From Acholeplasma laidlawii PG-8A (GTDB lineage: Bacteria; Bacillota_I; Bacilli_A; Acholeplasmatales; Acholeplasmataceae), in assembly GCF_000018785.1 (NCBI RefSeq), contig NC_010163.1, positions 990,001 to 1,022,000 on the forward strand: a DNA stretch of 32,000 nt. Direction: 5' to 3'. The position numbers were made by a program, and so were the translations under genes. Below the pieces are notes generated by a model. The model had not been told where the DNA came from. It searched no databases and saw only the letters and a list, made by a program, of their open reading frames with translations. This document shows, piece after piece, positions 29,662-32,000 of the stretch; positions within the stretch are counted from its first letter, which is position 1; each line of letters opens with the position of its first letter.

Positions 29662-30876
29662 ATGAAAAGATTACAAGAAAGATTTTTACGTTATGTAAAA
29701 ATAGATACACAATCAGATCCAAACTCTACAACTTTTCCTTCTACTTTAAAACAACTTGATTTATCTAAGTTGTTAGTTGAAGAAATATCATCAATGGGTT
29801 TTGATGCAAGATTAGATAAAGACGGCTACGTTTATGCCAAAATCGATTCTAATATCGATAAGAAGGTGCCAAGTATTGGTTTTATCGCACACGTGGATAC
29901 TTCTCCAGATGCACCAGGTAAAGATGTAAATCCTAGAATTATTAAAAACTATGATGGTTCATTAATTAAACTAAACGAAACATTTCAGATGCATCCAGAT
30001 AAGTACCCTTCGTTAAAAAAGGTAATTGGTGAAGATATTATTGTCACTGACGGTAACACTTTATTAGGTGCCGATGATAAAGCAGGTGTTGCAGAAATTA
30101 TGGAACTACTTCATAGAATCGCTGATGATAAGTCTATCAAACATGGTGACATCTATATTTGTTTCACACCGGATGAAGAAATCGGACAAGGTGCTGATAG
30201 ATTTGATTATGAATGGTTCAAAGCTGATTTTGCATATACTTTAGATGGTAGCGAAGTTGGTGGTATTGAATACGAAAACTTTAACGCTGCAAGTGCAGAC
30301 GTTAAATTTATCGGTAACTCCATACACCCAGGTAGTGCTAAAAATAAAATGATTAACGCACTTCACCTACAAATGGAGTTCCATAGTATGTTACCTAAGT
30401 TTCTAGATCCAGCAATTACTGAAGGTTATGAAGGTTTTAACCACTTATCGAATGTAACTGGTCAAGTTGAAGAGGCTTCTGCACACTATATTATTAGAAA
30501 TCACCATATGGCTAAGTTTTTAGAACAACAAAAAACTTTTGAAGCGATTAAAAACTATATGAATGAAAAGTATGGTTATGAAGCTGTTGTATTACATATT
30601 AAAGAATCTTACTTAAATATGTATGAAATTATTAAAGATCACATGTACGTGATTGATTATGCAGTCAATGCAACCAAAGCTGCAGGCTTAACGCCTAAAT
30701 TTGAAGCAATTCGTGGCGGTACAGATGGCGCTAGATTAACTTATGGTGGACTTATTTGTCCAAACCTCGGTACAGGTGCATATCACTTCCATGGACGTTT
30801 AGAGTTTGCAAGTATTAACCAAATGGAAAAAGCTGTTGAAGTTATGTTTAATATCATAAAGGAAGTACAAAAATAA
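29662..30876 (+). CDS. pepT: Peptidase T (M20B tripeptide aminopeptidase)
   Basis: N-terminus LQERFLRYVKIDTQSDPNSTTFPST, plus GFIAHVDTSPD, LLGADDKAGVAEIME, CFTPDEEIG and IRGGTDGARL, all typical of PepT. Confidence 0.85.
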   Translation: MKRLQERFLRYVKIDTQSDPNSTTFPSTLKQLDLSKLLVEEISSMGFDARLDKDGYVYAKIDSNIDKKVPSIGFIAHVDTSPDAPGKDVNPRIIKNYDGSLIKLNETFQMHPDKYPSLKKVIGEDIIVTDGNTLLGADDKAGVAEIMELLHRIADDKSIKHGDIYICFTPDEEIGQGADRFDYEWFKADFAYTLDGSEVGGIEYENFNAASADVKFIGNSIHPGSAKNKMINALHLQMEFHSMLPKFLDPAITEGYEGFNHLSNVTGQVEEASAHYIIRNHHMAKFLEQQKTFEAIKNYMNEKYGYEAVVLHIKESYLNMYEIIKDHMYVIDYAVNATKAAGLTPKFEAIRGGTDGARLTYGGLICPNLGTGAYHFHGRLEFASINQMEKAVEVMFNIIKEVQK

Positions 30877-30892
30877 AAGGAGGTTTTATTTT

Positions 30893-31888
30893 ATGTATGT
30901 AGCAAACCCAGATAGATATCAAAAGATGCAGTATCGTAGATTGGGTAACAGTGGTTTAGTGTTACCTGTGCTATCTTTTGGTATGTGGTATAACTTTGGT
31001 GAGCATAATGATTATGATACATCCAAAGCAATGATTTTAAAAGCATTTGATCACGGTATCACACACTTTGATCTTGCGAATAATTATGGTCCACCTCCCG
31101 GACATGCAGAGACTGTAATGGGTCGCATTTTAAACGACGGTCTTATAGCTTATAGAGATGAAATCATTATTTCTACTAAAGCAGGATTTAGAATGCATGA
31201 TGGTCCTTATCAAGATGGCGGTTCAAGAAAGTACTTAATGTCTTCGCTTGATCAATCACTAAAAAGATTAGGTATCCCATATGTTGATATCTTCTACCAT
31301 CATAGATATGATAGTCAAACATCTTTAAGAGAGACAATGATTGCATTAAGGGATATTGTTTTAAGCGGTAAAGCATTATATGTAGGTTTATCAAACTATA
31401 ATGCAGAACAACTAAAAACAGCGCATAAAATACTTAATGAACTCAATGTTCCATATGTCATTACTCAGCCAAGCTATTCCATGTTAAATCGCTGGATTGA
31501 AAAAGATAATTTATTAGAAACTCAAAAAAACCTAGGTGGTGGCGTTATTTGTTATTCAGCACTCGCACAAGGTTTACTCACTAATAAGTATATTACAGGC
31601 ATTCCAAGTGATTCACGTGCCAAAAACCCTGACGCACTTTGGTTTAAAGAAAAAGATGTCACACCTGAAGTTGTTGAAAAGTTAAAAAAACTGGACTTGA
31701 TCGCATCCAAACGCGGTCAAACAATTGCACAAATGGCACTTGTTTGGACCTTAAGAGATGAAAAGATGACTTCTACTTTAATTTCTACATCAAAACCTAA
31801 ACAACTAGAAGAGAACCTAGCTGCATTAGATAATATGAATTTTACAGAAGATGAATTACTACAAATCGATCACATTTTAAATAGTTAG
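30893..31888 (+). CDS. yghZ: Aldo-keto reductase of the YghZ (L-glyceraldehyde-3-phosphate reductase) type
   Basis: ANPDRYQKMQYRRLGNSGL, ITHFDLANNYGPPPG, YRDEIIISTKAG, GGSRKYLMSSLDQSLKRL, GKALYVGLSNY, QPSYSMLNRW and AQMALVW...QLEENLAAL closely parallel E. coli YghZ. RBS AAGGAGG. Probably cotranscribed with pepT. Confidence 0.8.
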   Translation: MYVANPDRYQKMQYRRLGNSGLVLPVLSFGMWYNFGEHNDYDTSKAMILKAFDHGITHFDLANNYGPPPGHAETVMGRILNDGLIAYRDEIIISTKAGFRMHDGPYQDGGSRKYLMSSLDQSLKRLGIPYVDIFYHHRYDSQTSLRETMIALRDIVLSGKALYVGLSNYNAEQLKTAHKILNELNVPYVITQPSYSMLNRWIEKDNLLETQKNLGGGVICYSALAQGLLTNKYITGIPSDSRAKNPDALWFKEKDVTPEVVEKLKKLDLIASKRGQTIAQMALVWTLRDEKMTSTLISTSKPKQLEENLAALDNMNFTEDELLQIDHILNS

Positions 31889-31895
31889 TATAGTT

Positions 31896-31926
31896 AAAGG
31901 CACCTTTAAAGGTGCCTTTATTTTTA
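31896..31926 (+). terminator. Rho-independent terminator after the reductase gene
   Basis: Stem AAAGGCACC / GGTGCCTTT (31896-31904 / 31911-31919) with loop TTTAAA and tail ATTTTTAT. Confidence 0.7.
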
Positions 31927-32000
31927 TAATTTATCAAAATAACCTTCTAAATATAAATTAAGTATTTTTTTATCTTTCCTAATGCCTAATGCACTTAAGT
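31924..32000 (-). CDS. Possible 3' end of a convergent gene (unknown product)
   Basis: The minus-strand frame is open from the window edge to TAA at 31926-31924 (...LSALGIRKDKKILNLYLEGYFDKL*). Only about 25 codons are visible and there is no recognisable motif. Confidence 0.25.
   Translation of the reverse strand, partial: LSALGIRKDKKILNLYLEGYFDKL

Overview
AT-rich, almost fully coding chromosomal segment. TGA is used as a stop, Trp is TGG, and RBSs are strong GGAGG-type. The style is Firmicutes/Mollicutes-like; an Acholeplasma- or Erysipelotrichia-like host is only an inference. No rRNA, tRNA, CRISPR array or mobile element was recognised. Positions 550-21692 form a dense block of membrane bioenergetics. 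(1) A five-gene nqrBCDEF-like operon lacks nqrA, and its NqrC/RnfG-like subunit carries four tandem FMN-binding ectodomain modules instead of one. (2) A nine-gene V/A-type ATPase operon has the Enterococcus hirae ntpFIKECGABD order. (3) A canonical F1Fo operon (atpZ-like, atpI, BEFHAGDC) follows. Both rotor subunits (NtpK and F-type c) carry the residue patterns known for Na+-binding rings, so the block looks like a sodium-cycle island. Downstream lie a translationally coupled four-gene operon (asymmetric heterodimeric ABC exporter plus TldD/PmbA protease), a three-gene cassette of small uncharacterised proteins (DUF2089 Zn-ribbon/HTH plus two SHOCT-like-motif proteins), pepT and a YghZ-type aldo-keto reductase. 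A partial mgtE sits at the left edge. The most unusual element is the NqrA-less pump with the quadruplicated flavin-binding subunit. All calls rest on by-eye motif recognition and synteny; no database search was run.
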